A stretch of 64,000 nucleotides of DNA, taken from a virus (taxonomy: Duplodnaviria; Heunggongvirae; Uroviricota; Caudoviricetes). Position 1 is the first letter of the stretch. Every line of letters begins with the position of its first letter. Below are positions 49,130 through 57,427 of the stretch, piece by piece. Both the position numbers and the translations under genes were made by a program. The DNA is taken from the IMG/VR virus record IMGVR_UViG_3300031884_000008; one strand, 5' to 3'. The notes beneath the pieces were generated by a model that saw only the letters and a list, made by a program, of their open reading frames with translations, searched no databases and was not told the origin of the DNA.

Positions 49130-49203
49130 TGAGGGTTCGTCTAATAGTAGGATATTTGACTCTGAATCAGAAGATCCAGGTGCGAGTCCTGGCCCCTCAT
49201 CCA
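49130..49203 (+). tRNA. tRNA-Gln(CUG)-like
   Basis: TTTGA-CTCTGAA-TCAGA anticodon arm; good T-arm; weak D-stem. Confidence 0.45.
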
Positions 49204-49221
49204 ACATACCAGCGAGGAAAT

Positions 49222-49605
49222 ATGAAACTGAAAATGTACTGCATCTTCGCTAAAGAAAGCGTAGACAAGATGAAAGGTAATCGCGGAAAGCTTGCTTCTA
49301 TGGCAGGTCACGCATACCTTCATGCTTATTGGAATGCAGTTAGTCTTGAGGTTTCTTCGGACTGCAATCTTCAAGCAATCCAGTACAAGAACAGTGATCA
49401 TGCGTATAAGATCACTCTTATTGTTGACACGGTAGCCGAACTAGAAGTGATTCAAGAGGCATACAAGAATGTATGCGGTGTCTCGTTAGTTAAAGACGCT
49501 GGGTTCACGGTATTCAACGAACCGACTGTTACTTGTTTAGGACTCGGTCCTATTCGAGAAGACTTGATCGGTGAAGATTTGAAAGCCTTGAAGCTATTCA
49601 TGTAG
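49222..49605 (+). CDS. peptidyl-tRNA hydrolase, PTH2 family
   Basis: MKGNRGKLASMAGHAYLHAY matches PTH2 GKGK-AAQ-xHA motif; C-terminal GLGPI...LKLF; embedded in the tRNA array. Confidence 0.5.
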   Translation: MKLKMYCIFAKESVDKMKGNRGKLASMAGHAYLHAYWNAVSLEVSSDCNLQAIQYKNSDHAYKITLIVDTVAELEVIQEAYKNVCGVSLVKDAGFTVFNEPTVTCLGLGPIREDLIGEDLKALKLFM

Positions 49606-49751
49606 AGAGGATACTCTCGTTGGTACCCTGCACAATGGTTCTGACGAGGAAGGGTAGTGTGCAGCTACCCGAGAGATTATGGGGACGTAAGTGGGCTTAA
49701 CGCCGGGCTGGCAGTTCAGCAGGGAGGGTTCGATTCCCTCCGTCTCCACCA
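49606..49751 (+). ncRNA. structured RNA candidate: 5' nested-helix domain plus tRNA-like 3' module (acceptor GGGGACG/CGTCTCC, T-arm, ACCA)
   Basis: CTCTCG...CGAGAG and CTGCACA...TGTGCAG helices; ...GGGAGGGTTCGATTCCCTCCGTCTCCACCA 3' end. Confidence 0.35.
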
Positions 49752-50068
49752 AAATAACTCGGCGGGTGAAGAACACCGTAAGTCCGCAGAATTCATGTTG
49801 CTCTAGTGTAGATGGTCTGCACGCGAGACCGAAAATCTCGAGGTTTCGGATCATTACCGAAGGGCAACACCATTTATGTCTCCTCAGGTTCATAGCGTGC
49901 TAAAGGCGTCAAGTCGCCGGGAGACACCATTTTTACTGTAGGTGATTATTGCAAGCCCTGCAGAATGAGATATACGGTTGAGGAGAAACTAGGCAGCACA
50001 ATACTGCTATTAGTAAGCTTTTAAGGGGGTGACGGTCTCTAAAAATGAGGAACCCCAGTAAGTTTTAT

Positions 50069-50153
50069 GCGAGTATGGCGGAATTGGTAGACGCACTGGT
50101 TTTAGGTACCAGCGCCGAAAGGCGTGGGGGTTCGACTCCCTCTACTCGCACCA
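50069..50153 (+). tRNA. tRNA-Leu(UAG), class II
   Basis: Anticodon loop TTTAGGT. Confidence 0.75.
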
Positions 50154-50199
50154 ATATATAATGCCCCGATGGTGGAATTGTCCAGGGTATAAATGATGT

Positions 50200-50283
50200 G
50201 GGGGCGTGGCGGAATGGTCTACGCGGCTGTCTCAAAAGCAGCTTCCGAAAGGATTGGGGGTTCGACTCCCTCCGCCCCTACCA
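50200..50283 (+). tRNA. tRNA-Leu(CAA), class II
   Basis: Anticodon loop CTCAAAA. Confidence 0.75.
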
Positions 50284-50289
50284 AATTAG

Positions 50290-50853
50290 TTACATACCGG
50301 CTTCTGCTTTAAGTGCATCAAGCTGTCTATCGTAATCTTTAGCCCAACCCAAAATAGTCTGTTTTAGTCGAGAGAACACATCTCCTACAGCTTCTTTGAT
50401 TGGCTTTACTGACATTGCAGGACTTTTTTGAGTCACTGTAACCATTTGCTTTTTAAGCCCCTCTAACACTACGATCAATTCAGGTGTTAGATGCTTCTCT
50501 AATTCAGTTAAAATATCTTTGTACTTTGGAGTTCTAGTTTCTTCCGGATCCTTAGTCAACGTAAAGATAAAGCTAAGAGTCTCAACAACTCTAGTGCGAA
50601 CGGCATCTTCTGCGTCAAACAAATCACTCACATTTTCTTTAGCTTCATCCTTTACGGCAGCTTTAAGATATTTGACTTCTGATTCCAATTCATCAATTCT
50701 TGCAAGTTTTTGTGCAAGCTTTGTATATATTTGGCTATTATAGCTCTTAAGTCTAGCAATGACCTTTTTACCGTTAGGTTCGTCCTCGTACTCCAAATTA
50801 GGATTACGTGCTTCAAATAGGTTAAGTAGTTTACGAAAATCTGTAGTGTCCAT
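50290..50853 (-). CDS. hypothetical protein
   Basis: ORF 50290..50934; likely start MDTTDF; two ATAAATA boxes and a 16-bp direct repeat upstream. Confidence 0.4.
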   Translation of the reverse strand: MDTTDFRKLLNLFEARNPNLEYEDEPNGKKVIARLKSYNSQIYTKLAQKLARIDELESEVKYLKAAVKDEAKENVSDLFDAEDAVRTRVVETLSFIFTLTKDPEETRTPKYKDILTELEKHLTPELIVVLEGLKKQMVTVTQKSPAMSVKPIKEAVGDVFSRLKQTILGWAKDYDRQLDALKAEAGM

Positions 50854-50914
50854 ATTCATATTTATCATTATATTCATATTTATCATTAGATAAATAATAT
50901 GGGAGGATACTCTT

Positions 50915-51298
50915 ATGAAAAAATTACTATGCATCGCTGTGCTTGCGTTAGCAGCATGTACGCCAAATTCAAGTTCACAAGTTGGCGCTGATGGTTATAC
51001 TTTTAAACAAAAGCAGTACGAGAAGCACGAAGTTACGATTAAGATAGTTACATATAAATCACCTTCGGAATTAAACCGAGTAGTAGCAGGGTATCTCAAT
51101 AAGAGTACTACGGCATCAGATCATAAAGTAAATTCTACTAACGTAGTAGCATTTAGCCTGCTGCAACCTCCTAGTTATGATACATGCACAATTCACATGA
51201 TGGATCCTAGCGTGACTTACCAACCAGAGTTTGTTGGTCACGAATTTATCCATTGTATATACGGACAGTTTCACGGCGACAACACAGTAAATAACTAA
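50915..51298 (+). CDS. small lipoprotein with HExxHxxGxxH (metzincin-type) zinc-binding motif
   Basis: Lipobox LALAAC; HEFIHCIYGQFH; ATAAATA + GGGAGGA RBS upstream. Confidence 0.45.
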   Translation: MKKLLCIAVLALAACTPNSSSQVGADGYTFKQKQYEKHEVTIKIVTYKSPSELNRVVAGYLNKSTTASDHKVNSTNVVAFSLLQPPSYDTCTIHMMDPSVTYQPEFVGHEFIHCIYGQFHGDNTVNN

Positions 51299-51299
51299 C

Positions 51300-51374
51300 G
51301 CCCTATTAGCTAAGAGGTATAGCAGCGCTTTCGTAAAGCGAAGGTCGGCAGTTCGATTCTGTCATGGGGCACCA
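51300..51374 (+). tRNA. tRNA-Thr(CGU)
   Basis: Anticodon loop TTCGTAA. Confidence 0.55.
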
Positions 51375-51429
51375 AAAAATCTAAGTGTTTAGGTTGCGAC
51401 ATGTTAAATACATTCGGAGAAAATTTCGC

Positions 51430-51867
51430 ATGTATACTGTTTATAGAATTACTAATTTGGTTAACAGCAAAACCTATATAGGAGTTCATAAGACCAACAA
51501 GCCAATGGATTCGTATTACGGGAGCGGAACTGCAATAAAAAACGCAATTTCAAAATATGGAAAAGAAAATTTTCGAAAGGAAATTCTTTTAATATCCGAA
51601 ACCCGAACGGAAGCATATGATTTAGAACGAAAGCTAACCGAAAACTTTAACGAACATTCAAATTATAATATGAGATTGGGCGGAGTGGGAGGGTTTACCA
51701 AAGAGAGCGCCCTTAAGGGCGCTCTGGCAAGGATAGAAAAAACAACAGTAGAAGAACGCAGTCTTCTGGCCAAAAAAGCTTATTTAGAGTACGTCAGCAG
51801 AATGACGGAGGAAGAATATAGTTCCTATACGAACGCCATGCGAGAAAGAGCTAAAAAGGCGGGTTAG
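51430..51867 (+). CDS. GIY-YIG homing endonuclease
   Basis: YTVYRITNLVNSKTYIGVHKT...YYGSG. Confidence 0.6.
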   Translation: MYTVYRITNLVNSKTYIGVHKTNKPMDSYYGSGTAIKNAISKYGKENFRKEILLISETRTEAYDLERKLTENFNEHSNYNMRLGGVGGFTKESALKGALARIEKTTVEERSLLAKKAYLEYVSRMTEEEYSSYTNAMRERAKKAG

Positions 51868-52107
51868 CGAATAAAGGTAAACCAAAAAATACGGATTCAG
51901 TTGAACACCAAGAAGCCAACAGAAAAAGATCATTAGCCTCTAAAAACAAAGTCAGAATAACTAACGGAGTGATTAACAAATCAATTTCGCCATTGGACGA
52001 AATTCCTATAGGATATAGAAAAGGTCTAACTCGTCGCAACCATAAAGAAAATAAAAAACCCGGTTGACAATTTTTTTATATCTGTTATGATAAAATTAAA
52101 GAAATAT

Positions 52108-52184
52108 GCCCGTATAGCTCAGTGGTCAGTAGCGCAGGTCTCATAAACCTGGGGTCCTAGGTTCAAATCCTAGTGCGGGCACCA
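52108..52184 (+). tRNA. tRNA with CAU anticodon (Met or, more likely given adjacent TilS, Ile2/lysidine)
   Basis: CAGGT-CTCATAA-ACCTG anticodon arm; G1:C72 paired so not an initiator. Confidence 0.7.
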
Positions 52185-52203
52185 TCATCTAAGAGGTACT
52201 CAA

Positions 52204-52881
52204 ATGTCAGTTGCATGGAAAAAGATTCAACAAGAATTAGTGAATCTGTATTCGCAAGATCGTAGAGAAATCCTGCTGATGGTATCAGGAGGACCCGACA
52301 GTATGTTCATGCTAGATTTCTGCAATAATGCAGGCATCGGTTTTACTGTCTGTCATTTTCAGCACGGTATTCGAGACAACGATTATCTCGACAAGGAACT
52401 CATTCAGCAGTTTATTCAGGATAAACAGATTCAATGTAACTTTGTCGTTGGTTACGGAAAGGATCTCAAAGATTCTTCCAACCTTGAAGCAGAGGCCCGC
52501 AGTCAGCGTTGGGAGTTTGTGCGTAACTACAGAAAAACTCTTGGTAAAGAGGTTGTAGCGGTAACTGCACACCACCTCAATGACAATATCGAACAAGTGT
52601 TTTTGGACCTGATGCGGGGCGCCGCTCATTCGAATCTTGGACTTGCTAAGTTTAGATTTGACGAAAGCCTAGAATTTTTTAAATGCAAACCATTTCTTAC
52701 GGTTCCGAAGTCTGTTATTTTAGAACAGTGCAATCGGCGCGGTATCCCCTTCATTGATGATATCACTAATCAAGACAATCACCATGAAAGAAATTGGTTG
52801 AGAAATGAAATCATTCCACAACTGATGAGTCGTAGAAATCTAGAGAAATCTATGCTCAATGCGTTAATTCACAACTATTGA
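52204..52881 (+). CDS. tilS: tRNA(Ile)-lysidine synthetase-like PP-loop ATPase
   Basis: LLMVSGGPDSMFMLDF (SGGxDS PP-loop); VTAHHLNDNIEQVFLDLMRGA; gene starts 20 nt after the tRNA(CAU). Confidence 0.55.
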   Translation: MSVAWKKIQQELVNLYSQDRREILLMVSGGPDSMFMLDFCNNAGIGFTVCHFQHGIRDNDYLDKELIQQFIQDKQIQCNFVVGYGKDLKDSSNLEAEARSQRWEFVRNYRKTLGKEVVAVTAHHLNDNIEQVFLDLMRGAAHSNLGLAKFRFDESLEFFKCKPFLTVPKSVILEQCNRRGIPFIDDITNQDNHHERNWLRNEIIPQLMSRRNLEKSMLNALIHNY

Positions 52882-52894
52882 AAGATAAAATACA

Positions 52895-53119
52895 ATGACT
52901 AAGAAGACCGCGCTTGAAAAGGATTTGGACAAGCATACAAAGCTGTACGTGTCGCATACAGTCGAAGAAATGAAGCGATTGAGGCATTGGTTTGCCGGTT
53001 TTTCTGCTGCTGGCGGAAAGCTTCCGGCATGTGAACAAAGTTTTAGTGCCTGCCAAAAGGCACAAGTTATTCTTGACGACTATCTGGCCCTTATGGAAAA
53101 ATACGGACCTAAATCCTAA
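52895..53119 (+). CDS. hypothetical protein
   Basis: 74-aa ORF. Confidence 0.3.
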   Translation: MTKKTALEKDLDKHTKLYVSHTVEEMKRLRHWFAGFSAAGGKLPACEQSFSACQKAQVILDDYLALMEKYGPKS

Positions 53120-53127
53120 ATAAAATA

Positions 53128-53203
53128 TGCCTAGGTGGCGGAATTGGTATAGCAGCGCTTTCGTAAAGCGAAGGCCGGCAGTTCAATCCTGTTCTAGGCA
53201 CCA
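53128..53203 (+). pseudogene. tRNA-Thr(CGU)-like duplicate with diverged 5' half (poor D-stem)
   Basis: 3' 55 nt near-identical to tRNA at 51300. Confidence 0.35.
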
Positions 53204-53270
53204 AATACGATTTACCTATAGAAAAATAATTACCTAAATTAGGTACTTAAATAGTATATAGGAGAAACTC

Positions 53271-53444
53271 ATGAACACTAATACTAAACCTAATCGCAGA
53301 GCGGTCATCACTGACATAGATGGATATGTAGTGCTTTGCTACGAAAACGAAATTCTTAAGCGTACAATCGATCTTAAGGACAAGTCAATCTACTATGCAG
53401 AGTCCGCCGCCGAAAATTGGGAATCAGGTATTCTCAACGAATAG
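53271..53444 (+). CDS. small hypothetical protein (57 aa)
   Basis: AGGAG RBS; not in ORF track (<60 aa). Confidence 0.3.
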   Translation: MNTNTKPNRRAVITDIDGYVVLCYENEILKRTIDLKDKSIYYAESAAENWESGILNE

Positions 53445-53566
53445 TCTATAAAATGGTTGACGCCGTTCGCCCATTTTGTTATATTAACTCATAAGATGAA
53501 TTGAAGAAATTTCAAGGATTGAACATAGGGTTCAATAGAGAGAATGAACATATAGGATAAATACAG

Positions 53567-53573
53567 AAAAATA
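53567..53573 (+). promoter_or_regulatory. late-promoter-like ATAAATA box
   Basis: gGATAAATAcagaaaaataggagcagttATG. Confidence 0.4.
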
Positions 53574-53582
53574 GGAGCAGTT

Positions 53583-54146
53583 ATGGCGATTCTAGCCTTG
53601 GACGTTTCGGGTATTCCCCGAACTTGGGTATCTAACGACGATGCAATTTCTTATCACGCGAAGGGTCTTGTGGCCTGGTCGCTAGGTTCGGTAGTTGCTC
53701 GTTATCGTGGTGGCACGAGAAATGACGGTACCCAAAGCTATCTTGAAACTCCGAGTATCATCGCCATTAAGGGCACTGGTTTCGACTTCAAGAAGCACAC
53801 GCATGTTATTCTGACGAACAAGACTTTGTTCGCTCGTGACCGTAGCGTCTGCGCCTATTGCGGTGATCATCACACGAGTCATCAATTCTTGAGTCGTGAT
53901 CACATCAAGCCGCGGTTTCTTGGTGGCGAAGATGAATGGATGAACGTCGTAACTGCTTGTAAGCCTTGTAACCAAAAGAAGGGTTGTAAGACGTTGAAGC
54001 AGGCTGGTATGGAGTTGCTGTACGTACCGTACGAACCGTCACATTATGAACATTTGGTTCTCCAAAACCGCAGCATCCTTGCTGACCAAATGGATTACTT
54101 GATGTCCGGTATTCCAAAACACAGTAGAATTAGACTATATTTTTAA
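53583..54146 (+). CDS. HNH endonuclease
   Basis: CAYCG...LSRDHIKPRFLGGEDEWMNVVTACKPCNQKKG; GC ~47%. Confidence 0.6.
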   Translation: MAILALDVSGIPRTWVSNDDAISYHAKGLVAWSLGSVVARYRGGTRNDGTQSYLETPSIIAIKGTGFDFKKHTHVILTNKTLFARDRSVCAYCGDHHTSHQFLSRDHIKPRFLGGEDEWMNVVTACKPCNQKKGCKTLKQAGMELLYVPYEPSHYEHLVLQNRSILADQMDYLMSGIPKHSRIRLYF

Positions 54147-54854
54147 TTTGCGACAGCGGTCGAAATGCCAAACTTGCATTCCTGATCTTTTACCGATCTT
54201 TTTGCAATGCGGGCACTCGACAATAACCTGAGATTCAAGTGCGGCTTGCTTCTTTCGAAGTTTTGCTGTACTTGAATCTTTTCTACCGAAGTTTGGATTT
54301 GCAGGTCCAATTTTACCGAACATAGGGTTTTTAGCCCCAGACATGTCAGCGTGATTATCGCTCATCTTCTGTTTACGTTCTTCGGTGTGTTTTACACCAA
54401 GTAATGCGTTAGCAATGTTTTTCTTACGCTCAACAGAGTGTGGTCCTACTTTTCTCCCTGTTAGCGTCGTGCTAGTTTTATCTCGTTGCGCTATAGATAT
54501 AACTTTCCCTTTTTGTGAACATCCTATTTTCTTTTTGTGGTTTTCGGTTTTTTTCTTTCCTTTATGTGACGGAGGTTTGCCTCCTCCCGGTACTAAATTG
54601 TAGACATCGGACCTCATTATAAATGATTCATTAACTATTTCAGTTTCCTTAGACAACGCATCATGTTCCGTAGTAAACACATGTAGCGTTTCTCGTATAA
54701 ATTTGTATCGCCCGTATTTCTTTATAGCCTTTAAGATACCTTTACCGCTACCTAAATATCCATCAAATGCGAAGGGGTCACTTTCTTGAAAATGATAACC
54801 CACGTAGATTTTGTTGTTGACAGTGTTAGTAGTTTTGTATATAATGTGAAACAT
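54135..54854 (-). CDS. GIY-YIG homing endonuclease with C-terminal CPHC...WHFDRCRK zinc finger
   Basis: MFHIIYKTTNTVNNKIYVGYH...YLGSG. Confidence 0.65.
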   Translation of the reverse strand: MFHIIYKTTNTVNNKIYVGYHFQESDPFAFDGYLGSGKGILKAIKKYGRYKFIRETLHVFTTEHDALSKETEIVNESFIMRSDVYNLVPGGGKPPSHKGKKKTENHKKKIGCSQKGKVISIAQRDKTSTTLTGRKVGPHSVERKKNIANALLGVKHTEERKQKMSDNHADMSGAKNPMFGKIGPANPNFGRKDSSTAKLRKKQAALESQVIVECPHCKKIGKRSGMQVWHFDRCRKLKI

Positions 54855-54906
54855 GATTTATTTATCTAATCAATATGAGAATCTAATTTATGGTGTTTAA
54901 TATCAT

Positions 54907-54983
54907 TCCCTAGTAGCACAGTTGGTAGTTGCGTCGGACTGTTAATCCGAATGTCGTTCGTTCGAGCCGAACCTGGGGAGCCA
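54907..54983 (+). tRNA. tRNA-Asn(GUU)
   Basis: Anticodon loop CTGTTAA. Confidence 0.75.
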
Positions 54984-55153
54984 TTCTAACGGGGTGAGAG
55001 CCGTAAATAACTCCGCATAGGGTCATGGTTAACTCTATATTATTTAAGTTCGGTAGTGTAGTTAAACGATCAATAAATAGCAAGGCTGTCAGCGTTGACT
55101 AGTGTACTCTAGAGACGGCAAGAGCGGGTGAAGAATCGTCACTCCCGCCCGAA

Positions 55154-55579
55154 CTACTCATCGTGTTTCTTAAGTAGTTCATGAATATCAGAATGAATAG
55201 CTTTGATTTCCTGTAACTCTTTTAATAAAGTTTCGTGATCTTCGTCTGCTCTTTTTTCTGTTTTTTCATTTAAGACCGCTTGACCTACCATAATTATACT
55301 AAGTAAAACTAACTGCAAGAAAGTCTGTGCTATCCAACTTATCAGAGTAGCGACCCCACCCTTAATAGCTTCGGGTAAACTGATAAACGCTATAATAGCA
55401 AAAAGGTAAGCACACCACATTGTGGCTACAGAATTTGTAATGAGTATGGCTATTGTCTTGTTGATATCATTTATTTTGTCAACAATAGGTTTTATATTCA
55501 TTAGCTTTCCTTTTACGTATTTATAAATTTTCATGCATGGAACCATGCATATATACATGATAATGCCGGTATAGCTCAT
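55154..55579 (-). CDS. membrane protein (2 TM helices + C-terminal coiled coil)
   Basis: Hydrophobic segments AILITNSVATMWCAYLFAIIAFISL / LQLVLLSIIMVGQAVL. Confidence 0.4.
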   Translation of the reverse strand: MSYTGIIMYICMVPCMKIYKYVKGKLMNIKPIVDKINDINKTIAILITNSVATMWCAYLFAIIAFISLPEAIKGGVATLISWIAQTFLQLVLLSIIMVGQAVLNEKTEKRADEDHETLLKELQEIKAIHSDIHELLKKHDE

Positions 55580-55599
55580 TCGAAAAATACGTAAAATAC

Positions 55600-55674
55600 G
55601 CCCTTATAGCTCATCGGTAGAGCAGCGACCTTGTAAGTCGAAGGCAGGGGGTTCAATTCCCTCTTGGGGCACCA
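55600..55674 (+). tRNA. tRNA-Thr(UGU)
   Basis: Anticodon loop CTTGTAA; same scaffold family as 51300. Confidence 0.55.
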
Positions 55675-55810
55675 TTTTTGCTCGTTTTCATATTTGAAAG
55701 ATAAATAATTATTAATTAATAGAAAGTTTCAAAAATGAGTATGAGTAAAGCAGAATAGGCGGATTATAATCCGCTGCAATAACACTGCAAAAAAGCAAGA
55801 TCGGATAAAC

Positions 55811-56323
55811 TTGTATACAATCGATCCTAAACGGTGTATACATTGTAGTCAGATTTTAAAATATGAACATCGTCATAGATTGTTTTGCAATTCGTCTTGT
55901 TCTGCTGCCTGTAATAATGCTAAAAGAAAAATAATTTATACAAATATATGTGTTTACTGTAATAATAGTATTTCTAGTAAGGGCAAATATTGTAATAATA
56001 AATGTCAAAATGATCACATTTTTTCTTTAAAAATTAAACAGTGGTTAGATGAAAACCAAGCACCCGGGTTAGGTGCTATCCGTCGATACTTAAAAGAAAC
56101 ATTTGGTTATAAATGCACAGAATGCGGAATCAGTGATTACAATTCTAAACCTATAACATTAGAACTAGAACATAAAGACGGTAATAGTGATAACAATGCA
56201 TTAGAAAATCTTTGTTTGCTATGTCCCAATTGTCATAGCCAAACACCTACTTATAAGGCCAAAAATAAAGGTAACGGTAGACACACTAGAAGACAACGTT
56301 ATGCTGAAGGCAAAAGCTACTAA
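55811..56323 (+). CDS. HNH endonuclease with N-terminal zinc fingers (paralog of 47665)
   Basis: ITLELEHKDGNSDNNALENLCLLCPNCHSQTPTYKAKNKGNGR. Confidence 0.65.
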   Translation: MYTIDPKRCIHCSQILKYEHRHRLFCNSSCSAACNNAKRKIIYTNICVYCNNSISSKGKYCNNKCQNDHIFSLKIKQWLDENQAPGLGAIRRYLKETFGYKCTECGISDYNSKPITLELEHKDGNSDNNALENLCLLCPNCHSQTPTYKAKNKGNGRHTRRQRYAEGKSY

Positions 56324-56374
56324 TCCTTGGTGCCGGCACCAAACAAAGATAAATAGTCACGTAAGGAGACTCTT

Positions 56375-56719
56375 ATGGCTAATTTTTTAAATATTTTTTC
56401 AGAAGCTAAAACAGAAGAAAAAAAGGCAATTCAGCTAGTAGATACGTTCGTAGAGGAAGTAGAGACTGACGCAAAGATTTTATTTGAACGGTCACGAAAA
56501 CTTGCGATTGAAACCAATGCAGAAGTTAGTTTACTTAAAACACAGTTACAAGATGCATTGAAAAAGTCACGAGACGCGCACCAAGAAACAATTAATCAAG
56601 GTGCCCGAGCAATTGCAGATGCGGAAGCTGAAATTGCAAAGTTTAAGCAAATTATCATTGCACATACTTCTGATCTTGCAGCACAAACGGCTCAAATTCA
56701 AACTTCGGAACCAACCTAA
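56375..56719 (+). CDS. hypothetical coiled-coil protein
   Basis: 114-aa ORF with AGGAG RBS. Confidence 0.4.
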   Translation: MANFLNIFSEAKTEEKKAIQLVDTFVEEVETDAKILFERSRKLAIETNAEVSLLKTQLQDALKKSRDAHQETINQGARAIADAEAEIAKFKQIIIAHTSDLAAQTAQIQTSEPT

Positions 56720-56750
56720 TTCTACTGTAAAATATCATCGAGAATGATCA

Positions 56751-56786
56751 AGTCAAGGGTTCAGAACCCTTGACTTTTTCTTTTGA
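56751..56786 (+). terminator. rho-independent terminator
   Basis: AGTCAAGGGTTC-a-GAACCCTTGACT followed by TTTTTCTTTT. Confidence 0.8.
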
Positions 56787-56822
56787 TAGTATAGAATAAG
56801 AAAACGATAAGAGATTAGTTAA

Positions 56823-56867
56823 TGGCTCCATAGCTCAGCGGATTAGAGCCTGAACCTATTCGCGCCA
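56823..56867 (+). pseudogene. internally deleted tRNA fragment (acceptor 5' strand + D-arm joined to ...TTCGCGCCA)
   Basis: GGCTCCATAGCTCAGCGGATTAGAGC then CTGAACCTATTCGCGCCA. Confidence 0.3.
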
Positions 56868-56882
56868 TTGTGTACAATATAT

Positions 56883-56957
56883 GTCCCGGTCGTTTAATGG
56901 ATAAGACAAGAGTCTTCTAAACTCTGAATGGGAGTTCGATTCTCTCTCGGGACGCCA
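56883..56957 (+). tRNA. tRNA-Arg(UCU)
   Basis: Anticodon loop CTTCTAA. Confidence 0.75.
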
Positions 56958-57024
56958 AAATATAACTTGACACAGAATAAAAATTGTGTCATAGTAGAAA
57001 ACTAAATACTTTTACGAAATACAA

Positions 57025-57100
57025 GGGGACATAGCTCATCTGGTAGAGCGACTGGTTTGCATCCAGTAGGTGGCGGGTTCGAGTCCTGTTGTCTCCACCA
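57025..57100 (+). tRNA. tRNA-Ala(UGC)
   Basis: G3:U70 identity pair; anticodon loop TTTGCAT. Confidence 0.8.
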
Positions 57101-57182
57101 ATATTAGGGTCTGCTACGGGATTAATGTAGCAGAGCAATTGAGAGGGAAAATACCCACTCTTAGCCCGTGTGTTTTATATAA

Positions 57183-57259
57183 CGGAGATTAGCGCAGTCT
57201 GGTAGCGCATCTGCTTTGGGAGCAGAGGGTCGCAGGTTCGAATCCTGCATCTCCGACCA
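57183..57259 (+). tRNA. tRNA-Pro(UGG), canonical class I
   Basis: Anticodon loop TTTGGGA. Confidence 0.8.
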
Positions 57260-57324
57260 TAATAGAAGTCGTTACAAAAAGGTAACTAAACGTAACAAGT
57301 ATTTGTAAGAATACAAAAAAATAC

Positions 57325-57400
57325 GGGCCCTTAGCTCAGCTGGGAGAGCGTCTGCTTTACACGCAGAATGTCGGCAGTTCGATCCTGTCAGGGCCTACCA
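57325..57400 (+). tRNA. tRNA-Val(UAC)
   Basis: Anticodon loop TTTACAC. Confidence 0.8.
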
Positions 57401-57427
57401 TTTAGAAGAAGCCGCGCATACAGGAAA

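Noticed and set aside
49606-49751. Possible tmRNA
   Set aside because: It is only ~146 nt, with no tag-peptide reading frame or pseudoknots and a 5' end unlike the tmRNA GGGG-start. It is kept as a generic structured-RNA candidate instead.
49594-49893. 99-aa minus-strand ORF
   Set aside because: It translates the antisense of a tRNA-like element (ETEGIEPSLL is the classic GGTTCGATTCC antisense signature).
54859-54865. ATAAATA box 4 nt upstream of the GIY-YIG (54135-54854, minus) start
   Set aside because: It is too close to the ATG to act as a promoter for that gene. It is probably a chance occurrence in an AT-rich leader.
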